DNA of 64,000 bases from Bacilli bacterium (GTDB lineage: Bacteria; Bacillota_I; Bacilli_A; RF39; UBA660). Each line of letters starts with the position of its first letter. The first letter of the stretch is position 1. Position numbers and translations under genes: made by a program. This document shows, piece after piece, positions 10,374-19,962 of this stretch. The DNA is taken from positions 3,407 to 67,406 of the forward strand of contig JAFWKJ010000009.1 of assembly GCA_017511375.1 (NCBI GenBank), written 5' to 3'. Under the pieces are notes generated by a model, which made no database searches, was not told the DNA's origin, and saw only the letters and a program-made list of their open reading frames with translations.

Positions 10374-10585
10374 TGGATAAATTAACATATGAACAAGTAT
10401 TAACCATCGCAAAAGAATTAAGGAATGAAGCTTTAGCGATAGAGGATTTATCTAGAGCGAGAGAAATTCAGGATTTGATTGATTTTGCAGATACAGTAGA
10501 GGCCTATGCCAAGTATTTAGAAAATATTGTTGAACTAAACAAAGATGCCGATAAAGCACTCGAGGATCTTACAGGAAAAAAATAG
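10370..10585 (+). CDS. Small helical-hairpin protein; possible T7SS substrate partner
   Basis: 71 aa. ATGA start/stop overlap with the upstream gene. All-helical composition and no WXG motif. Confidence 0.4.
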   Translation: MMDKLTYEQVLTIAKELRNEALAIEDLSRAREIQDLIDFADTVEAYAKYLENIVELNKDADKALEDLTGKK

Positions 10586-10610
10586 AACTTTCATTAAGAA
10601 AGTTCTTTTA
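10584..10610. terminator. Bidirectional rho-independent terminator between convergent genes
   Basis: AGAACTTT/AAAGTTCT stem (10584-10591 / 10599-10606) flanked by A- and T-runs. Confidence 0.65.
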
Positions 10611-11601
10611 TATTTTTATAGATTGTACATTTAGGGAAATAATAATTTAAAATTGTATAAGTATTTCCCCCATTATTTTCGATACAACTAGCTCCATAGA
10701 TACTAAGTCCCAAAGCGTTCCCTACACCTTTCGTAATAAATCGCAAGCCATTTTTATTCACAATAATCGATATATCATTTGCTTTTAAATGTAGAATTTC
10801 TTTCATTTCACGAATAGAAAATGTCTTATACTTCATCTTAATAGAACTTCCATTGTTTTGTACAGTAATAGGAGAAGAAGCATCAAGAGAAATATGAAAT
10901 AAGTTGCTTAAAGTATGATAATCATAATCAATAATGTGTAAGTAATCAGGGGATGCTAAATCCCATAAACTTTTGACACTGGATAAGTATGGGTACTTTG
11001 CATTAGACACCGTTTTTCCTCCATTACAATAATGAATAAAAGGAAGAATATATTTCTTTTGATAAGCTAGAAATAAACAAGAAGAAGCTTGAATAATAGA
11101 GGAAATACGATTCAAAATAGAAGAATAGTTTGTGTATTTTGTTTGATATTCAGAAACAGGAATATAATAAGCAAAAGGATTATCTGCTAAAACAAAACCC
11201 TCTTCATCCATTTTTTTAAATACATACGTATTAAAGAGAATACAAATACTTCTTAAAACTTCATCCCCTAAATCATCCTGATAATAAGCAAACAATATGC
11301 TAGTTAAATACTCTCGTAGAGTCATTTCAATCATAGATTGATCCTCTAATTTTAAATGAAGAAGATAATGATCAGGATCATAATAATACGGATGTTTATA
11401 TTCAGCCTTTTTCACAATCACCCCATCAACAACATAGTAGATTTTATTTCCATGAAAAGGAATTTGATTAATTTGAATGTATTGATTGGAATAAAGAGCT
11501 AAGTCTTGATCAAACTCACTAGAAAATTCATAAGAATGACTTAAGTATAAATAAAGGATTTCTTCTCCTAAAACATCTCTTATTTCGTATTTTGAAATCA
11601 T
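10594..11601 (-). CDS. SpoIID/LytB-domain-like protein
   Basis: ..ICILFNTYVFKK.. and ..IHYCNGGKTVSNAKYPYLSSVKSLWD.. resemble the SpoIID core (sGG.T......pYL.sV.d). The start is moved to ATG 11601 because the tracked GTG sits inside the RBS AGGTGA. Confidence 0.5.
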   Translation of the reverse strand: MISKYEIRDVLGEEILYLYLSHSYEFSSEFDQDLALYSNQYIQINQIPFHGNKIYYVVDGVIVKKAEYKHPYYYDPDHYLLHLKLEDQSMIEMTLREYLTSILFAYYQDDLGDEVLRSICILFNTYVFKKMDEEGFVLADNPFAYYIPVSEYQTKYTNYSSILNRISSIIQASSCLFLAYQKKYILPFIHYCNGGKTVSNAKYPYLSSVKSLWDLASPDYLHIIDYDYHTLSNLFHISLDASSPITVQNNGSSIKMKYKTFSIREMKEILHLKANDISIIVNKNGLRFITKGVGNALGLSIYGASCIENNGGNTYTILNYYFPKCTIYKNIKELS

Positions 11602-11656
11602 AGATATCACCTAATTATAGGATGTTCCAAAAAAAGAAGAATATACAAAAAAAGAA

Positions 11657-12625
11657 TTAAAATTCAAAATATTTTAATTCTTTTTTATCATTACAATTTA
11701 AACCAGTAACATAACTCGTATTATCAAATATCTTTTCTAAGTCAATGTTCTTATCATTTAGATAATCAAAACTCGCACAAGTAAGTACTTTCGCCAGCTT
11801 AATAGCTTTTAAATATAAATCTACAAAAGACTCAGTGCTTGTTTTATCATAAACACAAGGGTTTCTCCATAGAGTGTGATCACTATTAAGATAGTTATGC
11901 GTATCCTCTAATGGGTAGTGATAACTAATGGCTTCAAAACGGAACCAACTTCTTGGAGTAAAAGTATCTGCCAACTTATAAAAGAATTTTTTGATTCTAA
12001 AACGATCTTTTCTAAATATTCGAATAGAGTAACGCATTTGTTTTAAAGATTTATAGTATACCTTGCTCATATCCGCCATTTGAAAAGTATTATAGAATGT
12101 ATAATCAATTGTCTTTTCTAAATCATTTGAGAAAGGACTAATATCAAAACAAAAGTCTGAGAAATTAAATCGATAAGGATTCATATTCATACGTCTTTGA
12201 ATCATATCGTTATCTATAAAAGTTTCCATAAAGGCATGAACATTATTATACTTATAGGTTGAAGGTTTATCCTTTTCAAACTTACCAGTACGATATACCA
12301 CATAAGGATGAACAGTAGAATCTACTGCATAATGACAGATATTTCCAAAAAGATAGGAGTACGTATCCTTATCCTGAATATGATTATCTTTCATATATTT
12401 TAAAAGATTTAAAAAGAACTCCTGTGATTGATTTTCATGAAAATAACCTTGAAAATGACGCATCTTTTTCCCTGGGAAAATTGAAAATAAATTATAAAAC
12501 TTTAAACTATCAATTCCTTGACCGTACATTTTGCTTTTTTCTAAATCAAGTTGTTCACATACTTTATCAGGTAAAATATCATAGACATCTTTCACAAAGA
12601 AAGAATGTGTTGCTGTTGCTGGCAT
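11657..12625 (-). CDS. Zinc-dependent phospholipase C family protein
   Basis: N-terminal MPATATHSFF.. and ..NICHYAVDSTVHPYV.. His-rich blocks are typical of the Zn_dep_PLPC family. Confidence 0.55.
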   Translation of the reverse strand: MPATATHSFFVKDVYDILPDKVCEQLDLEKSKMYGQGIDSLKFYNLFSIFPGKKMRHFQGYFHENQSQEFFLNLLKYMKDNHIQDKDTYSYLFGNICHYAVDSTVHPYVVYRTGKFEKDKPSTYKYNNVHAFMETFIDNDMIQRRMNMNPYRFNFSDFCFDISPFSNDLEKTIDYTFYNTFQMADMSKVYYKSLKQMRYSIRIFRKDRFRIKKFFYKLADTFTPRSWFRFEAISYHYPLEDTHNYLNSDHTLWRNPCVYDKTSTESFVDLYLKAIKLAKVLTCASFDYLNDKNIDLEKIFDNTSYVTGLNCNDKKELKYFEF

Positions 12626-12724
12626 ATCTATTCCCCCTAACCACCTAAAAATATTATAACATAGTTGAAAGAAAAGGAATACTTTTAATAAAAAATATGC
12701 TATAATCTATAATAGGGTGAGACT

Positions 12725-13687
12725 ATGATAGAGAAGAATTTCAAAAACCTAGACGAACAAATAGAAATCTTTAAATTTAAAGGTATGATTATCAACGACG
12801 AAAAGTATGTCAAAAAAGTCCTACTAAGAGAAAATTATTTCTTTTTAAATGGATATAGACACCTATTCTTAGTTTCAGAACAAGAAAAAAGATTTAAAGA
12901 GGGAACCACATTTGAAGAAATGTATAGTTTATTTCTCTTTGATAGAGCCTTTAGAAATGTATTGTTTAAATATTTATTAGTAATAGAAAATAATTTAAAA
13001 TCAATCATGTCTTATCAATTATCAAAGAAATATGGTTATAGAGAAAGAGATTACTTAAAGTCAAAGAACTTTACCAATGATCCAAACAAACAAGCACAGT
13101 TAAATGATTTATTAAAGAAAATGAAACGACAAATACGGGTAAATGGTTCACAACATAGCGCAACGCTTCACTACGTATCAAACTATGGGTATATTCCTTT
13201 ATGGATCTTAGTAAAAGTATTATCTTTTGGAATTGTCAGTGAATTATACCAAGTACTGAAAAAAGAGGATCAAAAAGATATTGCCAATATTTATGAGGTT
13301 AGTCCAGAAACACTAATAGTTTATTTACCGCTTTTAGCTAATTATCGTAACTTATGTGCTCATGAAGATATACTGTATGAGAATAAGACACAAAAAGCAA
13401 TAGATGATACAGTATATCACCAATTATTAAGAATAAAAAAGGTGGAAGACGAATTTGTACAAGGGAAAAACGATTTGTTTGCACTTATTATAATTATGAA
13501 ACAATTATTACTAACAGAAGATTTTAAAAATATGACAGTAGAACTTGATAATGTAATTGAAACCCTAAATTATAATTTGCATACAATCGATATTGCTAGC
13601 GTTTTAGTAAAGATGGGATTCCCAGTTAATTGGAAAGATCTCGCAAATATGGAGAGGAGCTTTATAAATGAAGAAGATGACGAATAA
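12725..13687 (+). CDS. Abi_2 (AbiD/AbiF-like) abortive-infection family protein
   Basis: ..ENYFFLNGYRHLF..TTFEEMYSLFLFDRAFRNVLFKYLLVIENNLKS.. and ..LANYRNLCAHEDILY match the Abi_2 conserved blocks. TGCTATAAT promoter at 12698-12706. Confidence 0.7.
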   Translation: MIEKNFKNLDEQIEIFKFKGMIINDEKYVKKVLLRENYFFLNGYRHLFLVSEQEKRFKEGTTFEEMYSLFLFDRAFRNVLFKYLLVIENNLKSIMSYQLSKKYGYRERDYLKSKNFTNDPNKQAQLNDLLKKMKRQIRVNGSQHSATLHYVSNYGYIPLWILVKVLSFGIVSELYQVLKKEDQKDIANIYEVSPETLIVYLPLLANYRNLCAHEDILYENKTQKAIDDTVYHQLLRIKKVEDEFVQGKNDLFALIIIMKQLLLTEDFKNMTVELDNVIETLNYNLHTIDIASVLVKMGFPVNWKDLANMERSFINEEDDE

Positions 13688-14708
13688 AGAATTTAAATCA
13701 ACAATTCTGATCATTTCTTCTTTTTTTGTTGGTTGTTTGATTGGTTTGTTAGGAATGCATTATTTACTTTCACTCGGTTCAAACCATAATCTAACAAAAA
13801 CAATCAATAAAGTAGAGGATTCTGTAGTATCGATTGAATCTATTGATAATATAGATGTTGAATCAACAGGGACAGGTTTTATTTATAAAAAAGGCTTAAA
13901 AAAAGCCTATATCTTAACAAATGAACATGTGATAGATAATTCGGAAATTGAAGTAACAAACTCTAAAGGAGAAACAACATATGCCAAGGTATTGGGAAAG
14001 GATGAAGCCCTAGATATTGCAGTTCTTGAGATTGATAGTGAATATGCTCCTAAAGCCGCAAAACTAGGAAATAGTAATAAGGTGGTAGTAGGAGAGGATA
14101 TATTTGTAATCAGTTCTCCTCTTTCAAAAAAATATGCCAATACTGTTACCAAAGGAATTGTTTCTGGTATAAACAGAACGGTGCCATCTGATTTATATAG
14201 TAATGAAGGAACTTTATTTGGAGGCATACAATTTGATGCATCTGTCAATCCAGGAAGCAGTGGAGGTCCTTTGTTTAATGCCAAAGGAGAAGTGATTGGT
14301 ATCTGCATTATGAAGTTCATTAGAGAAGAAATAGAAGGAATGGCTTTCGCGATTCCAATAGATCAAGTAAAACCTAATTTAAAAAGTTTAGAACGAGGAA
14401 AAACAATTGAAAAACCAGAATTAGGAATTACGATGGTAGAAGTTACTAACACGACAGAATTAAAAAAGTATAATATAAAACTTGATAGTGATTATAATAA
14501 AGGTGTCGTAGTGTTAGAAATAAAAGAAGGAAGTAATGCAGATAAGCATCTTAAAAAAGGAGATCTCATCAAACAGATAGATAAAAAAACCATTCTTGAA
14601 ACAGACGATGTAAAGGAAGTATTACAAATGCACAACAAAGGAGAAACAATTCAAATAAAAGTAATAAGAAATAAGAAAGAAAAAACAATTAGTATCACTT
14701 TAAAATAA
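13668..14708 (+). CDS. htrA: HtrA/DegP-family serine protease with C-terminal PDZ domain
   Basis: N-terminal TM. Catalytic His (TNEHVI), Asp (LDIAVLE) and Ser (NPGSSGGPLFN). PDZ-like tail. Confidence 0.85.
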   Translation: MKKMTNKEFKSTILIISSFFVGCLIGLLGMHYLLSLGSNHNLTKTINKVEDSVVSIESIDNIDVESTGTGFIYKKGLKKAYILTNEHVIDNSEIEVTNSKGETTYAKVLGKDEALDIAVLEIDSEYAPKAAKLGNSNKVVVGEDIFVISSPLSKKYANTVTKGIVSGINRTVPSDLYSNEGTLFGGIQFDASVNPGSSGGPLFNAKGEVIGICIMKFIREEIEGMAFAIPIDQVKPNLKSLERGKTIEKPELGITMVEVTNTTELKKYNIKLDSDYNKGVVVLEIKEGSNADKHLKKGDLIKQIDKKTILETDDVKEVLQMHNKGETIQIKVIRNKKEKTISITLK

Positions 14709-14733
14709 AAAAGATTTGAATACAAATCTTTTT

Positions 14734-15540
14734 TTATGATCTTCTTTTATATACATAACTCTTAATACCGGTAGGTTCCGTTCCAATTTTAGAATAATCA
14801 AAATCTTTACTGAAATAAGGAATCTCCAATCCGTATAAACTGCTGACTCCAAATATAGAAGTACATATAATTTCTCCATTCTCTTCTAATAAACCATTTA
14901 AGATAGGAAGAATTCTTTCAAGTCTTTGCGGAGATCTTTGATAATCTAAAATGTTTGATAAATAGATGGAATCATATTTTTCTCCCATATGAATTCCTTC
15001 TTTCGCAATATCCGTATGTTCAAAATCTATTTTTTTATCCATGAGAATGCTTCTTAACTTCCCATATTGTTTACTATAAGGAACTTGGGGAGTAAACATG
15101 GCACAAGCAAAAACATTTGTGTCATAGAAATCCCCTTTCACATGTTTTAAATACTCTTGCCAAAATAGGCTGCTCTCTCTTTCGTCTTGATCCTCTGATT
15201 TTTCTTTGGATTTAATGATATCTGTAATTCTTTGCTTACTTAACCAATAAGCATTTAACGCTTTATATTCTAATAACCATTTTCTAAGATAGAAATAACG
15301 ATAAGTAATAGGGTTAATATCAAAAGTATCTACCTCTTTGGCATCATCCACTAAAGCCGAAAACAAAAAATCAGAAGAAGATAATACACTTAATACTTTC
15401 TTATCTTTTAAGGAAATCTTTTCAAAAATTGAAGAGATGTTTTCATTGCTATTAGGATAAATATAAGAGAAAGTGCCTAGATTCTCATCACTACGAAAAA
15501 TCGCATCTAAATAGGCAATATCCTTTTCTAAACTAGCCAT
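14734..15540 (-). CDS. Hypothetical protein, possibly a DUF3419-like SAM-dependent methyltransferase fold
   Basis: ..KKVLSVLSSSDFLFSALVDDAKEVDTFDINPITYRYFYLRKWLL.. resembles the DUF3419/BtaA-like N-terminal block. Good RBS. Confidence 0.35.
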   Translation of the reverse strand: MASLEKDIAYLDAIFRSDENLGTFSYIYPNSNENISSIFEKISLKDKKVLSVLSSSDFLFSALVDDAKEVDTFDINPITYRYFYLRKWLLEYKALNAYWLSKQRITDIIKSKEKSEDQDERESSLFWQEYLKHVKGDFYDTNVFACAMFTPQVPYSKQYGKLRSILMDKKIDFEHTDIAKEGIHMGEKYDSIYLSNILDYQRSPQRLERILPILNGLLEENGEIICTSIFGVSSLYGLEIPYFSKDFDYSKIGTEPTGIKSYVYKRRS

Positions 15541-15551
15541 AAGTCCTCCTT

Positions 15552-15905
15552 TTAATGTCTTCTATGAAGAGAATCATTTAAGTTTTCAAATAATTCTTCT
15601 GCTTCTTTATACTTCATACGTGGTTTAGTAGTACAAGCTGGATTTAAATAACAAACCACAGTCTCTCCAAAATCACAATTTGTATCACTAAATAATTTAT
15701 ATTTACTTCTAGTAAAAATGTCTTTATAACGACAATGATAACCATTATCTTTTTTTCTTACTAGCACAAATCTTCTTGGATAATAAGGGATAGGACTAAC
15801 AATAACCTTTCTTCCTTCTCTTGTTTCTTGATATTCTCTAAGTTCAGCACAATATAAATTCTTGGTGGAAATAGACAATTGTCCCTTAAGAAGTTTAATA
15901 ATCAT
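15552..15905 (-). CDS. Hypothetical protein
   Basis: 117-aa ORF with RBS GAAGGAGG, co-directional with the downstream gene. No recognisable motif. Confidence 0.4.
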   Translation of the reverse strand: MIIKLLKGQLSISTKNLYCAELREYQETREGRKVIVSPIPYYPRRFVLVRKKDNGYHCRYKDIFTRSKYKLFSDTNCDFGETVVCYLNPACTTKPRMKYKEAEELFENLNDSLHRRH

Positions 15906-16013
15906 ATCTATGCCTCCTTCGTGACATTATATTATAACGGATTTCATCCAATTTTTCAATTGTTTTTGTGACATACTCCTATAGGATACATACCATATAC
16001 TAGAGGTGAAAAT

Positions 16014-17201
16014 ATGATAGAGTTAATAGTGATAGACGCTGGACATGGAGGAATTGATAGCGGAGCGGTAGGAAATGGATTAGAAGAGAAGGACTTAAAT
16101 TTAAAAGTAGCAAAATATATTTATAATAGATTACAAGAGTTAAATATTCCTTCTGTTATTACAAGAACAGATGATGAATATTTACCAAAAGATAAAAGAA
16201 TAAATCGAATTAAAAATATCACAAATAATAATCCTAATACCCTTTTAATATCAAATCATATGAATGCAGGAACAGGAGAAGGAGCAGAAGTCGTTTATTC
16301 TTTAAAAAACAATGATCAATTATCAAGCCTTATTCTAGAAAAGATAGGACAGAAAGGACAAATAAAAAGAAGAAATTATCAAAGAAGATTACCAGAAAAT
16401 CCTAATCAAGATTATTATTACATTTTAAGAGAAAGCAATAGTAGAGAACCAATTCTGATTGAATATGGATTTATTGATAATAAAAAGGATGCGGAAAAAT
16501 TAAAAAATAATTTAGAAGAATATGGAGAAGCTGTTGTGGAAGCCATTACAGAGTATTTGGGTGTTCCTTATGAGAATGAAATGAGTGAGAAAGCCTATAT
16601 TGTGAAAAAAGGAGATACTCTCTATTCAATAAGTAAAAAATATAATATATCCGTAGATGAAATAAAAAGAATGAATCAATTAAAAAGTAATCTATTAACA
16701 ATAGGGCAAGTATTAGTATTAGAAGATATAAAACCGAATGAATACTATATAGTGCAAAAGGGAGATACCCTTTGGTCGATTGCGAAAAACAATCAAGTAT
16801 CGATTGAAGATATCATAGAGGCCAATGGACTAACAAATAGTAATCTAGCGATAGGGCAAGAGTTATTTATTCCAACAGCAAATAAGGAACCAGAAATAGA
16901 ATTGGTTCCCGATGAATTTGAATTATATAAAGTTCAAAAAGGAGATAGTTTATGGTTAATATCAAAACAATATGATATTACAGTACCTGATTTAGTAGAA
17001 ATCAACAACTTATCAGATTTAAACATTCAAATAGGACAGACACTCATTATTCCCAAACAACAAAATACGATTCAGGTTCAGCAAGGGGATACTCTTTGGT
17101 CGATTGCGAAGAAGTATAATCTTTCTATAGAGAAATTAAAAGAAATAAATCAATTAGAAAACAACTTATTAAGTATAGGTCAAATTCTTAAGATAAAATA
17201 A
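16014..17201 (+). CDS. N-acetylmuramoyl-L-alanine amidase (Amidase_3) with four C-terminal LysM repeats
   Basis: IDAGHGGIDSGAVGNG..SNHMNAG..EYGFIDN amidase_3 core. Four repeats of Y.V.KGDTLWSIAKKY..S...L...N.L....L.IGQ.L.IP. Confidence 0.85.
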   Translation: MIELIVIDAGHGGIDSGAVGNGLEEKDLNLKVAKYIYNRLQELNIPSVITRTDDEYLPKDKRINRIKNITNNNPNTLLISNHMNAGTGEGAEVVYSLKNNDQLSSLILEKIGQKGQIKRRNYQRRLPENPNQDYYYILRESNSREPILIEYGFIDNKKDAEKLKNNLEEYGEAVVEAITEYLGVPYENEMSEKAYIVKKGDTLYSISKKYNISVDEIKRMNQLKSNLLTIGQVLVLEDIKPNEYYIVQKGDTLWSIAKNNQVSIEDIIEANGLTNSNLAIGQELFIPTANKEPEIELVPDEFELYKVQKGDSLWLISKQYDITVPDLVEINNLSDLNIQIGQTLIIPKQQNTIQVQQGDTLWSIAKKYNLSIEKLKEINQLENNLLSIGQILKIK

Positions 17202-17224
17202 AAAAGAACCAAATGGTTCTCTTT

Positions 17225-17767
17225 TTAATTTGTTGATTTTCTAGCTTTGTAGATTCCAAATCCTATACCACCAACTACGACTAGTATGATGATTAGGGCA
17301 AGAACGTCGCCAGCAGCGCCTTTCTCTTCATCTTTTGGAAGTAAAGCCATTACATCATATCTTTCTTCAACTGGTGTATTATACATTTCATCAATTTTTT
17401 CTTTGATTTCAGTTGCCATAGAGTCTTCGCTGAATCCAATCCATGATTGATCTCCACAGATGATATAAGGAACACCTGATGCATCATCACCTCTAAAATC
17501 GCTTACCTTTTGCATTAATGCAGCATTATCTTCATCACTCCATACTTCATAGTACTGAATTCTAAATTTACTACCATATTCTTCTTCAATTGAAGAAAAC
17601 CATTCTTTAGCTTCTGCACAGTGAGAACAAGTTGCTCCATGGAAGAAATAAACAACAACACGATCATCCTTTGCAGCAGTAGTAGTCTCTTCGTCTTCAG
17701 CAAATGCAACAAATGGAAACATAAATACGAAAGCTAATACTAACACGATATACTTTAAATTCTTCAT
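17225..17767 (-). CDS. Exported thioredoxin/glutaredoxin-fold protein with C-terminal membrane anchor
   Basis: Signal peptide MKNLKYIVLVLAFVFMFPFVAFA, a CSHC redox motif, and a C-terminal TM followed by KARK. Confidence 0.6.
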   Translation of the reverse strand: MKNLKYIVLVLAFVFMFPFVAFAEDEETTTAAKDDRVVVYFFHGATCSHCAEAKEWFSSIEEEYGSKFRIQYYEVWSDEDNAALMQKVSDFRGDDASGVPYIICGDQSWIGFSEDSMATEIKEKIDEMYNTPVEERYDVMALLPKDEEKGAAGDVLALIIILVVVGGIGFGIYKARKSTN

Positions 17768-17809
17768 ACATAACCTCCTAAAACAATAATAACATATTAT
17801 TCAACAAAA

Positions 17810-18700
17810 TTAAACAATATTTTTATCAAAGCAAGGTATGAAACTCTCTTGTGCAGTTCCTTCTTCTTGGACAAAGGCATTGGAAATACCAAGTTCTAAA
17901 GCGTATTTCACTACTTCATCATACTCTTCCTTGGTAAGTTTTCGATTTAGATTGCTGTAAATACAAGGATTAACAGGGGTATACTGATTCATAATACTAA
18001 TAAAGATTTCATCCCCATACGTTTTATAAAGATAACGAAGAATGTTCTTTGCATCCTCTAAATGGCCTGGCAGAATGAGAACACGCACAACTAAACCGTT
18101 TTTTAATAATCCCTTCTCATCAAGGACAGGGCTTCCTACTTGGCGAAACATTTCATCAATTGCCAATGTCGCGTTCTCAAAATAGTTTTTGCATCCAGAA
18201 TAATTATAAGCAAGTTGATCATCAAAGTATCGTAAGTCAGCTAGATAGATATCAACTAAGTGATTCATCATCATGATAGTTCCTACGTTTTCATAACTAC
18301 TAGTATTATAAACAACAGGAATCGTCAACTCTTTACCTTTTAATTTGTGAAGAACCAAAGCAATATTTGGAACATAATGCGTAGGAGTTACTAAATTAAT
18401 ATTATGAGCCCCTTTTCCCTGTAACTCTAAAATAATCTCTCCCAAACGCTTATTAGAAATGGTTTTACCATAGCCATCAATACTTATTTTTTTATTCTGA
18501 CAATAAATACATTTCATATTACAATGAGAAAAGAAAACAGTCCCACTACCTTGGTCTCCAGAGATAACAGGTTCTTCCCACATATGAAGACTATAATAGG
18601 CTAGTTTTATTTTATTCTTTGCTCCACAAACACCAACAGTCTCATAACGATTCACACCACATTTGTTGGGACAAAGCATACAATGTTTTAATAATTCCAT
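17810..18700 (-). CDS. Radical SAM protein (PflX-like putative activase)
   Basis: CNMKCIYCQN CxxxCxxC cluster and an N-terminal Cys-rich CMLCPNKCGVNR..GVCG block. The start is moved to the ATG after the RBS. Confidence 0.75.
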   Translation of the reverse strand: MELLKHCMLCPNKCGVNRYETVGVCGAKNKIKLAYYSLHMWEEPVISGDQGSGTVFFSHCNMKCIYCQNKKISIDGYGKTISNKRLGEIILELQGKGAHNINLVTPTHYVPNIALVLHKLKGKELTIPVVYNTSSYENVGTIMMMNHLVDIYLADLRYFDDQLAYNYSGCKNYFENATLAIDEMFRQVGSPVLDEKGLLKNGLVVRVLILPGHLEDAKNILRYLYKTYGDEIFISIMNQYTPVNPCIYSNLNRKLTKEEYDEVVKYALELGISNAFVQEEGTAQESFIPCFDKNIV

Positions 18701-18759
18701 AGTCAAAACCTCATAGATATTCTATCATAAAATAAAAAAAACTCATAACATGAGTTTTT

Positions 18760-19896
18760 CTACATCTGTATTAAATAGATAAGTGCTATTCCAATAAAGC
18801 ATAAAACAAAAGTAATAAGTGCAAGTGTCGTAATAATTACATTACTTATAAATCCATCTTCACTACTTGTAATATCTTGTTGTGGTTTAGGATCTTTCTT
18901 GACAAGCATCTTTACTCCCTCCTTACTGATAGTATGACTATCTTTTTGTGGTTGTGTACCTTCCTCTAGCATAGAACCAAGTTCATTATTTTTTTTATCT
19001 TCGCCCATAGAAACTACAGGAAGATGCCGAACAACTCTTCCTTCGTGAGATAGCGTACGAATTCTCATCAACTTCTCAGGGTCTAGCCTATCTTCTAAAA
19101 ATTTTGCATCATGTTGATCTTTTTCTTTATTTGTATATTTTTTGAATAAATAGATTTGTTCAGGAGGTGTGATTCTCAGAGGAGTTCCTCTAAAATCTAC
19201 CTCTTCTGCTCCAAATAGTTCACTAGCTAACTCAGGAGGATATTCTTCCTCCCTAACATAAGGATGCCCATTTTCATCATGATAATACCCTTTTGATATG
19301 ACACTACCATCTTTTTTTCTTTCAAAGGGGAACACACCAATATGAAAGTCGCTATTAGGATCGTTCGCTATGACTTCGTGTTCACCACTTGGAATTCCAT
19401 TTTTTAATACTCTAGGAGAAGAAAAACGATTATCTTCAAAAAGAAGCCCCATCCGGGAACAAACCTCTCTCAGTTTACCAATATCTTCTTCGTTTACATT
19501 TAAATCTATGTCATCATGACAACGATTAGATTCTTGATCATACTTAATATAGCCACATAAAGCACCAGCCAACTGATAATCAACACCTAATTTATTTAAT
19601 TCTCTAACAAGTTGTTCTAAACGACCATAAATCGTTTCATGATTATTTCTCACGTTGTCATCATCATAACGTTCATCCAATGCTTTTTTTCTACTAGCAA
19701 TTGCATCAACAAGTTTGTCATTAATTTCATCGATTGTTAAGTCTGAATCCAAAAATAAATCAAGACTCTTTTCAAGTAATACATCTAAAGATTCATAATG
19801 TAAGAAATCTAATTTCTGATAGTAACTTGTAACAAGGAGAGTAATTTGTTTTTTGCGCAATTCTCTTTTGTCTTCAGAACTAATCATTTTGTCCAT
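18760..19896 (-). CDS. Hypothetical tail-anchored protein with a possible nucleotidyltransferase-fold core
   Basis: ..LAGALCGY..HDDIDLNV.. resembles the pol-beta-type NTase G-x-x..DxD motif. C-terminal TM. The start is moved to ATG because the tracked GTG lies in the RBS AGGAAGTGG. Confidence 0.35.
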   Translation of the reverse strand: MDKMISSEDKRELRKKQITLLVTSYYQKLDFLHYESLDVLLEKSLDLFLDSDLTIDEINDKLVDAIASRKKALDERYDDDNVRNNHETIYGRLEQLVRELNKLGVDYQLAGALCGYIKYDQESNRCHDDIDLNVNEEDIGKLREVCSRMGLLFEDNRFSSPRVLKNGIPSGEHEVIANDPNSDFHIGVFPFERKKDGSVISKGYYHDENGHPYVREEEYPPELASELFGAEEVDFRGTPLRITPPEQIYLFKKYTNKEKDQHDAKFLEDRLDPEKLMRIRTLSHEGRVVRHLPVVSMGEDKKNNELGSMLEEGTQPQKDSHTISKEGVKMLVKKDPKPQQDITSSEDGFISNVIITTLALITFVLCFIGIALIYLIQM

Positions 19897-19962
19897 AACA
19901 ACCACTTCCTACTATATCAATTCTATTATATCACAAGAAAAAAGATAATTAAAATATCTTTT

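Noticed and set aside
9981-10585. Calling the two small post-esaB proteins canonical WXG100 (EsxA/EsxB)
   Set aside because: Neither has a W-x-G motif at the helix-turn-helix bend, and the sizes (130 and 71 aa) are atypical. They are kept only as possible substrates.
16590-17201. Tandem DNA repeats
   Set aside because: The repeats are explained by four LysM domain repeats within the amidase gene, not by an independent repeat element.
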